In this document: positions 29,841-40,288 of the stretch, piece after piece
How the letters are laid out: each line of letters starts with the position of its first letter
How positions within the stretch are numbered: the stretch's first letter is position 1
The notes under the pieces: generated by a model
Told to the model about the DNA's origin: nothing
The model's database searches: none
What the model saw: the letters and a program-made list of their open reading frames with translations, nothing else
Assembly: GCA_903860135.1 (NCBI GenBank)
Contig: CAIOPG010000008.1
Location: forward strand, 64,127 to 128,126
Length of the DNA stretch: 64,000 nucleotides
Direction of reading: 5' to 3'
From: Candidatus Omnitrophota bacterium
GTDB lineage: Bacteria; Omnitrophota; Gorgyraeia; Zapsychrales; Fredricksoniimonadaceae
Made by a program: the position numbers and the translations under genes

Positions 29841-30905
29841 TCACACCAATCCTTTAATGCGGCCAAGGCAATCCTTGATCGCGTCACGGCATAACTGATA
29901 TTCCCCCTGCGCCTTGCCGATAGGATCCGGGATATCCAGATCGTGTTCATGCCGCACCTTGTGGCTGGCAAACTCGCCGAGCAGATAAACCCTTTTCTCG
30001 ACCGACGGGGCACGCTCGAGCACCTGATTGCGGTGGGCGCGTGTCATCACAAAAATAAGATCCGCTTGCTTAAGGAGCATGCTCGTCACAGGCCGTGAAC
30101 GATGCGCCCGCGCCTCGATGCCCTCTTCCCGAAGAACATTGACCGCCTCGGCACTGGCCGCAGAGTGGAAATAAACGCCTATTCCCGCCGAAGCCACCGT
30201 AACATCCGGATGAGCCCCGAGCATCTTCCTGAAAAGATACTCGGCCATGACCGAACGGCAGCTGTTCCCTGTGCAAACAAACAGAACCTGCCGGGTTCCT
30301 GTAACCTTCAAGACATCTGCCGTCGAGATCGCGCCTTCGCGCACGACCGATAAGGGGTCGGTCGCGAAATCAACGATCGTCGACGCCGTGCCAATGGCCA
30401 CCGGCCCGCTGTCGATAGCCATGTCCACCAACCCGTCAAGATCACGCAGGGCTTCCGCGCACGTCGTTGGTGCCGGAGCCCCTTCAACATTGGCTGAAGG
30501 CGCGGCGATGGTACAGTGGGCATGCTCCACCAGCTTGAGAGCCACCGGATGATCCGGGATACGGATACCGAGCGTGCCACCGGCCTTCCCCGTCGGGACA
30601 ATGACCGTCAACGGCCCTGGCCAGTAATGATCAATGAGCTTGAATAATTTGGGATCTTGATGATCCGTATAATTGCCGATCAATTCTTTCTGGGCGATCA
30701 TCACCGAAAAAGGTTTGCCCGCCGAACGCTTTTTCACTGCCTGTAAACGCCGCATCGCCTGGGGATTGGCATGGTCCGCGGCAATGCCGTAAACCGTCTC
30801 CGTCGGAAAAATAACAAGCCCACCCTGATGTACCAGGCGGGCCGCGTCAAGGATAAGATTGGCTTCGGGCGACTTCGGGTTGATCCTGACAACTTTTGTT
30901 TTCAC
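29841..30905 (-). CDS. tsaC: fusion protein: L-threonylcarbamoyladenylate synthase (TsaC/YwlC, Sua5-YciO-YrdC domain) + low-molecular-weight protein tyrosine/arginine phosphatase
   Basis: N-terminal YrdC domain (GGLVIFPTETVYGIAAD), then a C-terminal LMW-PTP P-loop VLFVCTGNSCRSVMAE and DP motif. Confidence 0.75.
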   Translation of the reverse strand: MKTKVVRINPKSPEANLILDAARLVHQGGLVIFPTETVYGIAADHANPQAMRRLQAVKKRSAGKPFSVMIAQKELIGNYTDHQDPKLFKLIDHYWPGPLTVIVPTGKAGGTLGIRIPDHPVALKLVEHAHCTIAAPSANVEGAPAPTTCAEALRDLDGLVDMAIDSGPVAIGTASTIVDFATDPLSVVREGAISTADVLKVTGTRQVLFVCTGNSCRSVMAEYLFRKMLGAHPDVTVASAGIGVYFHSAASAEAVNVLREEGIEARAHRSRPVTSMLLKQADLIFVMTRAHRNQVLERAPSVEKRVYLLGEFASHKVRHEHDLDIPDPIGKAQGEYQLCRDAIKDCLGRIKGLV

Positions 30906-30942
30906 AGACGATCCTCGGCGTTCAAAGGCCGCTTCTTTTTGA

Positions 30943-31419
30943 CTATCCCTTTAAGATCTTTTCCGCCTGGTCTCTGTTAAAAGCTTCGAGTTTCCCGACC
31001 AGTGCCGTATCCGACAAGGCCAGGATCCGCACCGCCACCAGTGCCGCATTCTTGGCACCAGGCTTGCCGATACCCACCCCCGCCACAGGCACTCCGGGCG
31101 GCATCTGAACGGTTGATAACAGCGCATCCAGGCCATTGAATCCCATGGAATCAAGCGGGATGCCAATGACCGGCAGGCAGGTGTGCGCCGCGACCGTCCC
31201 GGCCAGCGCCGCAGAACCGCCCGCCGCACAAATAACAACCTTGACCCCTCGCCCGGCCAGTGCTTCAGCGTAAGCCACCGTTTCTTTAGGCGTGCGATGT
31301 GCTGACAAAACCCGCGTCTCATGCCGCACACCAAAAACATCCAACATTTTTAACGCTTCTTCCACGACAGGCATATCATTCCTGCTGCCCATCATCAATG
31401 CCACCTGGATTTCTTCCAT
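30943..31419 (-). CDS. purE: N5-carboxyaminoimidazole ribonucleotide mutase
   Basis: VALMMGSRNDMPVVEE...AGGSAALAG. The start was moved to MEEIQV. Confidence 0.85.
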   Translation of the reverse strand: MEEIQVALMMGSRNDMPVVEEALKMLDVFGVRHETRVLSAHRTPKETVAYAEALAGRGVKVVICAAGGSAALAGTVAAHTCLPVIGIPLDSMGFNGLDALLSTVQMPPGVPVAGVGIGKPGAKNAALVAVRILALSDTALVGKLEAFNRDQAEKILKG

Positions 31420-31459
31420 AATATCTCCCGTCAACGGTACGCTCAACGCGCCGCCTGCC

Positions 31460-32728
31460 TCAATGCCGGTCCAAGGCCTTCTTGCCGATATCACGGCGGA
31501 ACTGCATGCCTTCAAAAGTGATCTTGCTGACATCCCCGTACGCCTGGTTGATCGCACCGGCAATATCTTCGCCGAGCGCCGTCACACCCAGGACACGCCC
31601 GCCGGCGGTAACAACCCCGGCACCCTGTTTCCTGGTACCGGCATGAAAAACATGCGCCAGAGAAGAGACCCGGTCAAGGCCGTTGATCGGCGCGCCCACA
31701 GGAGACTCGCCGGGATAACCACCCGCGGCCAGCACCACACACACACAGGCACGCGCCTCCCACTCAAGCTTCACCTCGGCCAGCCGTCCTTCAACAGAAG
31801 CCAGCATTAAATCCACAAGATCCGACTTTAAGCGCGGCAGGATCGCCTGCGCTTCAGGATCGCCAAAACGCACATTAAACTCAAGGACCTTCGGGCCATC
31901 AGCCGTCACCATGATACCGGCGTAAAGGATGCCTTTGAACGGAGCGCCCTCATCGGCCATGCCCTCCATCACGGGACGGATGATCGTATCAGCGATCACG
32001 CGTGAAAGCGCGGGGGTAATGACCGGAGCCGGAGAATATGCCCCCATCCCGCCGGTGTTGGGTCCTTCATCCTGGTCAAAAATACGTTTATGATCCTGCG
32101 ACGATTCAAGGACAATAAAATCTTTACCGTCAGCAATGGCAAGGATCGACGCTTCCTCGCCGGCCATGAACGCTTCGATGACCACGCTATTGCCCGCATC
32201 GCTGAACATCTTCCCGGACATGATCCGCGATACCGCGCCTTCCGCCTGCGCCTGGTCACGGCAAATGATAACGCCTTTGCCGGCGGCAAGGCCTGATGCC
32301 TTGACGACCAGCGGATACTTCTGCCCGGCAAGATACGCCAACGCCGCTTTCTCCTGGCTGAAAGCCGCGTAACCGGCCGTCGGTATATCCCAGCGTTTCA
32401 TGAAATTCTTCGCAAAGACCTTACTGCCTTCAAGGCGTGCCGCGGCCTGCGAAGGCCCGAAGATCTTAAGGCCTTCTTCTTCAAAAAGGTCAACGATCCC
32501 CGCCGCCAGAGGCACCTCTGGCCCGACGACTGTCAGGTCGATGCCCTCGGCCAGCGCGAAATCCGCAAGGGCAATGATATCGTCAGCCTTGATGTCCACA
32601 CACTCAGCTATATCCGCGATGCCGCCGTTGCCCGGCGCACAAAAAACCCTGCTCACACGGGGATTTTGTCTGATCTTCCAAATAAGCGCATGTTCGCGCC
32701 CGCCTGAACCCACTACAAGTATTTTCAT
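31460..32728 (-). CDS. purD: phosphoribosylamine--glycine ligase
   Basis: MKILVVGSGGREHAL and the ATP-grasp domain. Confidence 0.9.
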   Translation of the reverse strand: MKILVVGSGGREHALIWKIRQNPRVSRVFCAPGNGGIADIAECVDIKADDIIALADFALAEGIDLTVVGPEVPLAAGIVDLFEEEGLKIFGPSQAAARLEGSKVFAKNFMKRWDIPTAGYAAFSQEKAALAYLAGQKYPLVVKASGLAAGKGVIICRDQAQAEGAVSRIMSGKMFSDAGNSVVIEAFMAGEEASILAIADGKDFIVLESSQDHKRIFDQDEGPNTGGMGAYSPAPVITPALSRVIADTIIRPVMEGMADEGAPFKGILYAGIMVTADGPKVLEFNVRFGDPEAQAILPRLKSDLVDLMLASVEGRLAEVKLEWEARACVCVVLAAGGYPGESPVGAPINGLDRVSSLAHVFHAGTRKQGAGVVTAGGRVLGVTALGEDIAGAINQAYGDVSKITFEGMQFRRDIGKKALDRH

Positions 32729-33729
32729 ATCAGCTCTAATTTCTCTTTGCCGCGCCCGGTCACCGCACCAATAAGGTAAGACGGCATCCCTGTTTTCTTG
32801 AGCGCTGATTGAACCGCGTTAATATCCTTGGCCTTGACGATCACCATGAAACCGATCCCCATGTTGAACGTCCTGTACAGCTCACGCTCGGCGATATCCG
32901 CCTTCTGCGTGATCAACTTGAAAATTTCAGGCAGGGGCCATGTGCCCTTATGAATGGCCAGGCTGCAATGATCAGGCAGGCATTTGGTCAGCTTCTCATA
33001 AAACGCACCGCCGGTATTGTGCGCCATGCCATGAATATCAAACTTTTTGACCAGCGGCAAAATGTTCCGCACATAGATACGCGTCGGTTCCATGATGAGC
33101 TGGGCATATTTCTTCTGTTCCGCCGGTGTAAAAACTTTCCGGACCATGGAATACCCGTTGGAATGCACCCCGCTCGATGGGAGGCCGATGACCGCATCCC
33201 CCGGCATGATCTTCGCCCCGTCGATGATGCGCGCCTTCTCAACGACACCGACGGTAAACCCGGCCAGGTCATAATCACCATGATGGTACATTCCCGGCAT
33301 CTCGGCTGTCTCGCCGCCAACCAGGGCGCAATCCGCCTGCCGGCAGCCCTCGGCGATACCCTTCATCACCTCGACAAGGATCTTTTTATCCACCTTGCCG
33401 CAGGCCACATAATCAAGGAAGAACAAAGGCTTGGCGCCGACACAGAGGACATCATTGACATTCATTGCTACAAGGTCGATCCCCACCGTATCATGACGCC
33501 CGACGTGGTTGGCGATGAGGAGTTTGGTGCCAACACCGTCGGTCGACGCCACCAGCACCGGTTCACGGTACCCTTTGGGAAGGGCGAACAAAGAACCAAA
33601 GGCCCTGGTCCTGTCCATGACCCCGGGCTTGCGGGTCGACCCCACAAGGCCCTTGATCGCGGCCACGAACGCATCCGCCTTGGCAATATCCACACCACTG
33701 TCTTTATACGTCAGCTGTTTTTTTGTCAC
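32725..33729 (-). CDS. purM: phosphoribosylformylglycinamidine cyclo-ligase
   Basis: AIR synthase-related architecture, YKDSGVDI. Confidence 0.9.
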   Translation of the reverse strand: MTKKQLTYKDSGVDIAKADAFVAAIKGLVGSTRKPGVMDRTRAFGSLFALPKGYREPVLVASTDGVGTKLLIANHVGRHDTVGIDLVAMNVNDVLCVGAKPLFFLDYVACGKVDKKILVEVMKGIAEGCRQADCALVGGETAEMPGMYHHGDYDLAGFTVGVVEKARIIDGAKIMPGDAVIGLPSSGVHSNGYSMVRKVFTPAEQKKYAQLIMEPTRIYVRNILPLVKKFDIHGMAHNTGGAFYEKLTKCLPDHCSLAIHKGTWPLPEIFKLITQKADIAERELYRTFNMGIGFMVIVKAKDINAVQSALKKTGMPSYLIGAVTGRGKEKLELI

Positions 33730-34541
33730 AAAAGATTTTCTTTCACGTAATTGATACCGTTGGCGAATATCTGCGCTCCGTCGCCGAGCGCCGCACGGTC
33801 ATGCCCGCCCTCAGCCTTGAGCCTGGTCCAGAAAGGATGCTGGGTGAAATGGAAATGCCTTTCCGGATGAGGCATAAGCCCCAGGATGCGGCCTGTAGCA
33901 TCCGTGATCCCGGCCACATCATCCACCGCTCCGTTGGGATTGTGCGGATACCCACCGCGCGCACCGTCGGCACACACATAGCGGAACGCCACCTGACCGT
34001 TAGCCGCCAGCGCCTTCATCAACTGGTCATTGGCCGGAATGAACTTGCCTTCCCCATGAGCGACGGGGATGTAAATCACATCTTTAAGCCCTCGAGTCCA
34101 AACGCTATGGCCTTCGACCTTCAGATACGTCCACCGGTCCTCAAATTTACCGGAATCATTGTTGGTCAGCGTCACCGTCTGCTGGCCGGACGCTTCAGGC
34201 GCAAAAGGCCCGGGAAGGATACCGGCCTTGACGAGGATCTGAAAGCCGTTGCAAATCCCGATAATTAATTTCTTGTCGTCAATGAAACGGGCAATGTCCT
34301 TGCCCAGGCGAAGCCTCAGCTCATTGGCAAAGATGCGGCCCGAAGCAATATCATCCCCGTAACTGAACCCGCCCGGCAAAGCCAGGATATGGTAATCGGC
34401 CAGCTTGACCTCGCCGGCAAACACCCGTTCCAGATGCACTTCGTCGACCACCGCGCCGCCGTGCGTGAACGCAAAAGCTGTTTCCACATTACAATTGGTC
34501 CCTGCCGTACGCAGGACCAGAACCCGGACTTTTTGAGGCAT
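33726..34541 (-). CDS. purQ: phosphoribosylformylglycinamidine synthase subunit PurQ (glutaminase)
   Basis: Class I glutamine amidotransferase (GICNGFQ), long PurQ form. Confidence 0.85.
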   Translation of the reverse strand: MPQKVRVLVLRTAGTNCNVETAFAFTHGGAVVDEVHLERVFAGEVKLADYHILALPGGFSYGDDIASGRIFANELRLRLGKDIARFIDDKKLIIGICNGFQILVKAGILPGPFAPEASGQQTVTLTNNDSGKFEDRWTYLKVEGHSVWTRGLKDVIYIPVAHGEGKFIPANDQLMKALAANGQVAFRYVCADGARGGYPHNPNGAVDDVAGITDATGRILGLMPHPERHFHFTQHPFWTRLKAEGGHDRAALGDGAQIFANGINYVKENLL

Positions 34542-34544
34542 GGC

Positions 34545-35213
34545 CTATTTCGCCTTGTTTTTCTTGTAAAAATTTTTGATAACCTTGAGGGCATCCTCTG
34601 GTTCATCCACAATATGATAAAGATACAGGTCATTCTCGTCAATGCACTGCTCGCCGAGGATCTTGTCCTTGATCCAGGCCTCCAGCCCGTTCCAGTAATA
34701 ACTGCCGAACAAGATCACCGGCACCTTCGGCATACGGCCCGTCTGAACGAGCGTCAGGCTTTCAAAAAGCTCGTCGAGCGTCCCGAAACCGCCGGGAAAC
34801 ACAATGACCGCCTTGGCGTATTTAACGAACATGACCTTGCGGCAAAAGAAATAATGAAAATTGATGAGCGTCCGGATAAAAGGATTCGGCTTCTGCTCAA
34901 ACGGCAATTCAATATTCAGACCGATCGACTCGCCCTTGGCCATGAACGCCCCGCGATTGCCCGCCTCCATGATGCCAGGGCCTCCGCCGGTGATGACCGC
35001 ATAACCATTCTCGACCAGCAGCTGAGCCGTTTGTTCGGCGAGCTGGTACATCTTGTGATTAGGCTTCAGACGCGCGGAACCAAAGATCGTAACCCCGTTA
35101 TCAACCTTGTGCAGGCTGTCAAAGCCTTCCACAAATTCCGCCATGATGCGAAAAATACGCCACTGATCCATTTCATAAAAATCAGCTGCTGAACCTTCAT
35201 TCTTCCTGCTCAT
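34545..35213 (-). CDS. LOG family protein (cytokinin riboside 5'-monophosphate phosphoribohydrolase-like, TIGR00730)
   Basis: GGGPGIMEA and PGGFGTLDE motifs. It is embedded between purSL and purQ. Confidence 0.8.
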   Translation of the reverse strand: MSRKNEGSAADFYEMDQWRIFRIMAEFVEGFDSLHKVDNGVTIFGSARLKPNHKMYQLAEQTAQLLVENGYAVITGGGPGIMEAGNRGAFMAKGESIGLNIELPFEQKPNPFIRTLINFHYFFCRKVMFVKYAKAVIVFPGGFGTLDELFESLTLVQTGRMPKVPVILFGSYYWNGLEAWIKDKILGEQCIDENDLYLYHIVDEPEDALKVIKNFYKKNKAK

Positions 35214-35222
35214 AGGCCCTCA

Positions 35223-38138
35223 CTAGAATTGCAACGGTTTCTTCCAGGTTTCCTTCAGCGCATGCACCTTCGCCTTGAGGCAGAGATTATCCTTCAGCCC
35301 GTAAACAAAGAGTTCCGGCGCCTGCTGGACGCGGCCGATCAATCCCACGGGAACCCCCGCCATCGCCTGCGCGAACGCTTTCTGACGGGAAGGATCCACC
35401 TCGACCAGAAACCTTGAATTCGATTCGGAAAAAAGGACGGTGTCATCGCGCCTGGCGGTGCCTTCAAAAGGCACAGCCCCGAGGATCGCATTGGCGCCAA
35501 ACCCGCCGGCGAACGCCATTTCAGCCAAAGCCACCGCAAGCCCTCCCTCGGAACAATCATGCGCGGCCAGGACCAGCCCGCGGCGGATCGCACCAGCGAG
35601 AGCCGTATACGCTGCCAAGGCCTCTGCCGGACGCACCTGCGGCACAGCATTCCCCAAAGCACCGAATGTCTTAAAATAAACGGAGCCGCCCAGCTCATCA
35701 TACGTCTTGCCGACGGCATAGATCAAACTGCCGGCTTTCTTGAAGTCCATGGTGACTGCCTTGGCCACATCGCTGACAATGGCCATCGCAGAAATGAGCA
35801 GCGTCCCCGGGATCGCGATCGAACGGCCCTTGTCCGTGTATTCATTGTAAAAACTGTCTTTGCCGGAAATAAAAGGCGTCGCGTAAGCCACGGCAAAATC
35901 ATGACAGCCCTTGGCCGCACGCACAAGGCCGCCCAGCCGGTCAGGCTTATCCGGATTTCCCCAGCAGAAATTATCAAGGATGGCGATGGTCGGGATATCA
36001 CCGCCGACAGCCACGATCTGGCGTATCGCCTCGTCGATCACGCTGCCAGCCATCCAGTAAGGGTCGATCAGGCCAAAGCGCGGGTTGATGCCGTTGGACA
36101 CCGCGATGCCTTTTTTGGAATCAAGGCGCGGGCGGATGACACTCGCATCCGACGGGCCGTCGCAGGCAGGGCCGACTAAAGGCTTCACCACACTGCCACC
36201 CTGAACCTCATGGTCATAGCGGCGGATGATAGCCTCCTTGGAGCACACATTGTAATCGGCGAGGACTTCCTCCAGTTTCGGCAAGAGATCCGCCGGACAG
36301 GCAAACTTCGGCTCCTTATGCCGCGGCTCCGCCCATACAGCTTCCTTGGCGATCTTGGGGATACCGCCGTGCATGAAAGACATATCCAGGTCACAGACCC
36401 GCACCGCATGGTAATAAAGTTCAAGCCGCCCGGTGCCCGTGTAGGTACCGATGACCGCCAGCTCAACATTTTCCGATGCGAAGAGAGCCTTGAGTGTGGC
36501 GATCTTCGACGGAGAGACAGCCATGACCATGCGTTCCTGCGACTCGCTGATCCATATTTCCGTATAATGAAGACCCTGATATTTCAGCGGCACCTTGTCC
36601 AGATCGACACGCGCGCCAAGCACCTCGCCCATCTCGCCCACGGCGCTCGAAAGGCCGCCGGCACCGCAATCGGTCAAGGCCGTAAAAAGCCCCTGGTCAC
36701 GGGCCTGCATCAGCACATCGAGGACTTTCTTCTCTTCAATCGGATTACCGATCTGCACCGCCCCTGATGACACCACTTCGGACTCGTGCGTGAGTTCACC
36801 GGAAGAAAAGGTAGCGCCGTGGATACCGTCACGCCCCGTGCGCCCGCCGGCCACGACCACAAGATCGCCCTTGCGGGCAGCCTTCTTGTCCTTCCCCTTG
36901 GGGATCAAGCCGATCGTGCCGCAGAAAACCAGCGGATTACCAACAAAATGTTCGTGGAAACAAACCGCGCCATTGACCGTGGGGATACCCATCTTGTTGC
37001 CATAATCGCGCACCCCGCTGACAACGCCTTTCATCACACGCTTGGGATGAAGGACGCCCGCAGGCAACTTGTCCGCAGGGAAGTCCGGCGGTGCAAAACA
37101 AAAAATATCCGTATTGCAAACAGGCTTGGCGCCAAGGCCGGTGCCCAGGATATCACGGATAACGCCGCCCACCCCGGTATTCGCTCCGCCAAAAGGCTCG
37201 AGCGCCGACGGATGATTGTGCGTTTCCGCCTTGAAACACATATTATATTCATTGTCAAACTTCACAATACCGGCATTGTCATGAAAAACAGAAACACACC
37301 ACGACTTATTGAGCGTCGTGGTCGCCTTAACGATCGTGTTCTTTAAAAGGTTCTGGATCAGCTCCGTCTTGGCCTTGCCTTTGTGCTTGACCGTGTAACG
37401 GATATCGCCACGGAAGGTCTTGTGATGGCAGTGCTCGCTCCAGGTCTGGGCAATGGTCTCAAGCTCAATGTCCGTCGGCGCACGGCCCTTGCCATCAAAA
37501 TGCGCCTGGATCGCCTTCATCTCATTGGCATTAAGGTACAGCTGGCCGCAGGCGGCAAGCGCGGTCAACTTCTTGGCCGAAAGCCCTTTCAACGGGACCA
37601 CCGCCACAGCAGGCACGGCCTTGGTCACCCGGTCAAGCACGACCGTACGGAAGGAATCCGCCGGATCCTTGACCGCGTGCTGGATCAGCTTGTTCATCAG
37701 GGCCTTATCCTTGATGAGCTCAAATTCTTTGTCACTCACCGTGCCGCCGATCACAAACTGCCGGGCGGTGCGCACGGACTTGATGCCGGCGACCCGCATA
37801 TCAGCGATCCCCTTGAGGGTTGTTGTTTCCACCGGATCCATCACGCCGGGATTATAGGCCACTTCGGCCACGCGTGATCGCACCGCCGAAGAAACCACGA
37901 ACGGTTCAGCCACAGGCTTGCCTGTAATACGGTAATCCTGCGCCACCGGATCAACGAGAAGTTCACGGGCAATACGATCCGCATCTGGCAGGCTGAAGTC
38001 GCCTTCAAGGATAAAAACCTGCACCACGCGCACATCCACCACCGATGCCACGCCCATATCGGCGATGTCGCGCAGGACGCCATGCCCTGCGGCATCAAAA
38101 ATACCGTCTTTGTCTTTTATTTCAATACGACAGATCAT
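35223..38138 (-). CDS. purL: phosphoribosylformylglycinamidine synthase PurL with fused N-terminal PurS domain (PurSL)
   Basis: 971 aa. The first ~80 aa (IEIKDKDGIFDAAGHGVLRDIADMGV...VRVVQVFILE) are PurS-like; the rest is the PurL AIRS/AIRS_C duplication. Confidence 0.85.
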   Translation of the reverse strand: MICRIEIKDKDGIFDAAGHGVLRDIADMGVASVVDVRVVQVFILEGDFSLPDADRIARELLVDPVAQDYRITGKPVAEPFVVSSAVRSRVAEVAYNPGVMDPVETTTLKGIADMRVAGIKSVRTARQFVIGGTVSDKEFELIKDKALMNKLIQHAVKDPADSFRTVVLDRVTKAVPAVAVVPLKGLSAKKLTALAACGQLYLNANEMKAIQAHFDGKGRAPTDIELETIAQTWSEHCHHKTFRGDIRYTVKHKGKAKTELIQNLLKNTIVKATTTLNKSWCVSVFHDNAGIVKFDNEYNMCFKAETHNHPSALEPFGGANTGVGGVIRDILGTGLGAKPVCNTDIFCFAPPDFPADKLPAGVLHPKRVMKGVVSGVRDYGNKMGIPTVNGAVCFHEHFVGNPLVFCGTIGLIPKGKDKKAARKGDLVVVAGGRTGRDGIHGATFSSGELTHESEVVSSGAVQIGNPIEEKKVLDVLMQARDQGLFTALTDCGAGGLSSAVGEMGEVLGARVDLDKVPLKYQGLHYTEIWISESQERMVMAVSPSKIATLKALFASENVELAVIGTYTGTGRLELYYHAVRVCDLDMSFMHGGIPKIAKEAVWAEPRHKEPKFACPADLLPKLEEVLADYNVCSKEAIIRRYDHEVQGGSVVKPLVGPACDGPSDASVIRPRLDSKKGIAVSNGINPRFGLIDPYWMAGSVIDEAIRQIVAVGGDIPTIAILDNFCWGNPDKPDRLGGLVRAAKGCHDFAVAYATPFISGKDSFYNEYTDKGRSIAIPGTLLISAMAIVSDVAKAVTMDFKKAGSLIYAVGKTYDELGGSVYFKTFGALGNAVPQVRPAEALAAYTALAGAIRRGLVLAAHDCSEGGLAVALAEMAFAGGFGANAILGAVPFEGTARRDDTVLFSESNSRFLVEVDPSRQKAFAQAMAGVPVGLIGRVQQAPELFVYGLKDNLCLKAKVHALKETWKKPLQF

Positions 38139-38171
38139 ATAAGGTAGGAAAAAATGAAACGCTGATTAAAT

Positions 38172-38885
38172 TCAAGCTGCCTTGCCCGTTACTCTTTTTA
38201 AAACTTCCTGGTACCCTTCCTTTATATTCCCAAGGTCATGGCGAAAACGATCTTTGTCAAGGCGCACCCCGGTGCCCACTTCCCAGAAACGGCACGTGTC
38301 CGGTGATATCTCGTCGGCAAGAATAACCTCGCCTTTGTGCCGGCCGAATTCGACCTTAAAATCGATCAACTCGATATTGAGCGCCAGAAAGAACTTCTTC
38401 ATCAGTTCATTGATCTTGAAGGTCAACTCCCTGATCGTGGCAATTTCAGATGCCGTGGCGATATCCAGCGCCAGGATGTGCGTCTCATTCATCAAAGGAT
38501 CATTGAACGCATCCTCTTTATAACAGAATTCAAGGACGGGCGCCGATAATGTCCGGCCTTCGGTCACACCATAGTTGCGGCACAAGGAACCTGCCGCACG
38601 GTTACGGATGATGACCTCGACCTTGACGATCTCGACTTTCTTGACCAGCATTTCCCGGTCGGATAGCTGTCGGACAAAATGCGTCGGAATGCCGTTCTGC
38701 CCCAGGTACTCAAACACCTTGGTCGAAATGGCATTGTTCATGATCCCTTTTTCATCGACCGTGCCTTTTTTCTTGGCATTGAACGCCGTCGCATCATCCT
38801 TGAAATACTGGATAACGCAATCCGGATTATCGGTCGCGTAAAGGATCTTGGCCTTGCCCTCGTAAAGTTTAGCGCGCTTTTCCAT
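38172..38885 (-). CDS. purC: SAICAR synthetase
   Basis: LYEGKAKILY motif. Confidence 0.9.
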   Translation of the reverse strand: MEKRAKLYEGKAKILYATDNPDCVIQYFKDDATAFNAKKKGTVDEKGIMNNAISTKVFEYLGQNGIPTHFVRQLSDREMLVKKVEIVKVEVIIRNRAAGSLCRNYGVTEGRTLSAPVLEFCYKEDAFNDPLMNETHILALDIATASEIATIRELTFKINELMKKFFLALNIELIDFKVEFGRHKGEVILADEISPDTCRFWEVGTGVRLDKDRFRHDLGNIKEGYQEVLKRVTGKAA

Positions 38886-40180
38886 TACTTAAGCCCCACT
38901 TTTTTGAAAATAAGGTCGCGGTGTTTGATGTAATACTTGATATCGAAACAGGCATTGATCTCGTCTTGCGACATATGCTTGCGCACGCGGCGGTCGCGGG
39001 AAAGGACATCCTTGAAATCCGATGTCTCCTGCCACACCTGCATGGCACAGCTCTGGATGATCTCGTAAGCCTCCGAGCGCGGCAGGCCTTTCTTCATCAA
39101 CTCAAGCAGGCAGCGCTGCGAGTAGATAAGGCCGCGTGTCTTCTGCAGGGACTCGATCATGTTCTTGGGATAAACGAGCAACCCTTCAACCAGCGGAATG
39201 AACTTGTTGAGCATATAATCCAGGGCGATGGTGCTATCGGGGATAATGACGCGTTCTGCCGACGAATGGCTGATGTCGCGCTCGTGCCAGAGATCCATAT
39301 TATCAATGCCGACCTGGGCATTGGCCTTGAGGATACGCGCCAGCCCGCAGATACGTTCGCACGTGACAGGGTTACGCTTATGCGGCATGGCAGATGACCC
39401 GATCTGCCCCTTGAAGAAAGGCTCCTCAACTTCGAGCACTTCAGTCTTTTGAAGAAGGCGGATCTCCGTGGCGAACTTGCTCAAAGACGCGCCGACAACC
39501 GCAATGACATTCAAAAAATGCGCATGATGATCGCGCTGGATGACCTGCGTGGCGATATTGGCAGGCTTTAATTTCAGCTTCTCGCAGACATACTGCTCGA
39601 CCTGCGGATCAATATTGGCATACGTCCCCACTGCTCCGGAAAGTTTACCGATGCGCATATCTTCGGCGGCTGTTTCAAGGCGGATAAGATTGCGGCTCAT
39701 CTCATCGTACCAGATGGCCAGCTTGAGCCCAAAGGTCATGGGTTCGGCGTGCACACCGTGCGTACGGGCGATACATACGGTATCTTTATACTTCTTGGCC
39801 TTAAGTTTCAGGACACCGAGCAGTTTCTTGATATCACCAATAACAATATCACTGGCCTCAACGCACTGCACCGACAATGCCGTGTCAAGCAGGTCGGAAG
39901 AGGTCATCCCGATATGCAGGTATTGCGCTTCAGGTCCGAGATTCTGGCCGACGTTCTGGATGAACGCCACAACATCGTGCTTGGTGCGCTCTTCGATGCG
40001 CTTAACCTCGTCGAGATCGAACCGAGCATTCTTCTTTATTTTTTCAAGAGCCGGTTTGGGGATCTTCCCCAGGCCGCACATCGCTTCGCAGGCAAGGACT
40101 TCAATCTGGAGCATGATCTCAAGCTTGTGCTGTTCCGACCATATCCGCCCCATCTTCGAAAGTGTATACCTGTCGATCAT
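38885..40180 (-). CDS. purB: adenylosuccinate lyase
   Basis: Lyase_1 family with GSSAMPHKRNP. Confidence 0.9.
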   Translation of the reverse strand: MIDRYTLSKMGRIWSEQHKLEIMLQIEVLACEAMCGLGKIPKPALEKIKKNARFDLDEVKRIEERTKHDVVAFIQNVGQNLGPEAQYLHIGMTSSDLLDTALSVQCVEASDIVIGDIKKLLGVLKLKAKKYKDTVCIARTHGVHAEPMTFGLKLAIWYDEMSRNLIRLETAAEDMRIGKLSGAVGTYANIDPQVEQYVCEKLKLKPANIATQVIQRDHHAHFLNVIAVVGASLSKFATEIRLLQKTEVLEVEEPFFKGQIGSSAMPHKRNPVTCERICGLARILKANAQVGIDNMDLWHERDISHSSAERVIIPDSTIALDYMLNKFIPLVEGLLVYPKNMIESLQKTRGLIYSQRCLLELMKKGLPRSEAYEIIQSCAMQVWQETSDFKDVLSRDRRVRKHMSQDEINACFDIKYYIKHRDLIFKKVGLK

Positions 40181-40288
40181 AATATGCTCCTTTTAATAGA
40201 TTAAAAATCTCATCTGATGTTCAAGGAATTCCCAATATAACAAAGAACCCCCTTGAAATCAAATAAATTTTACCCGTAAAATTATAAA

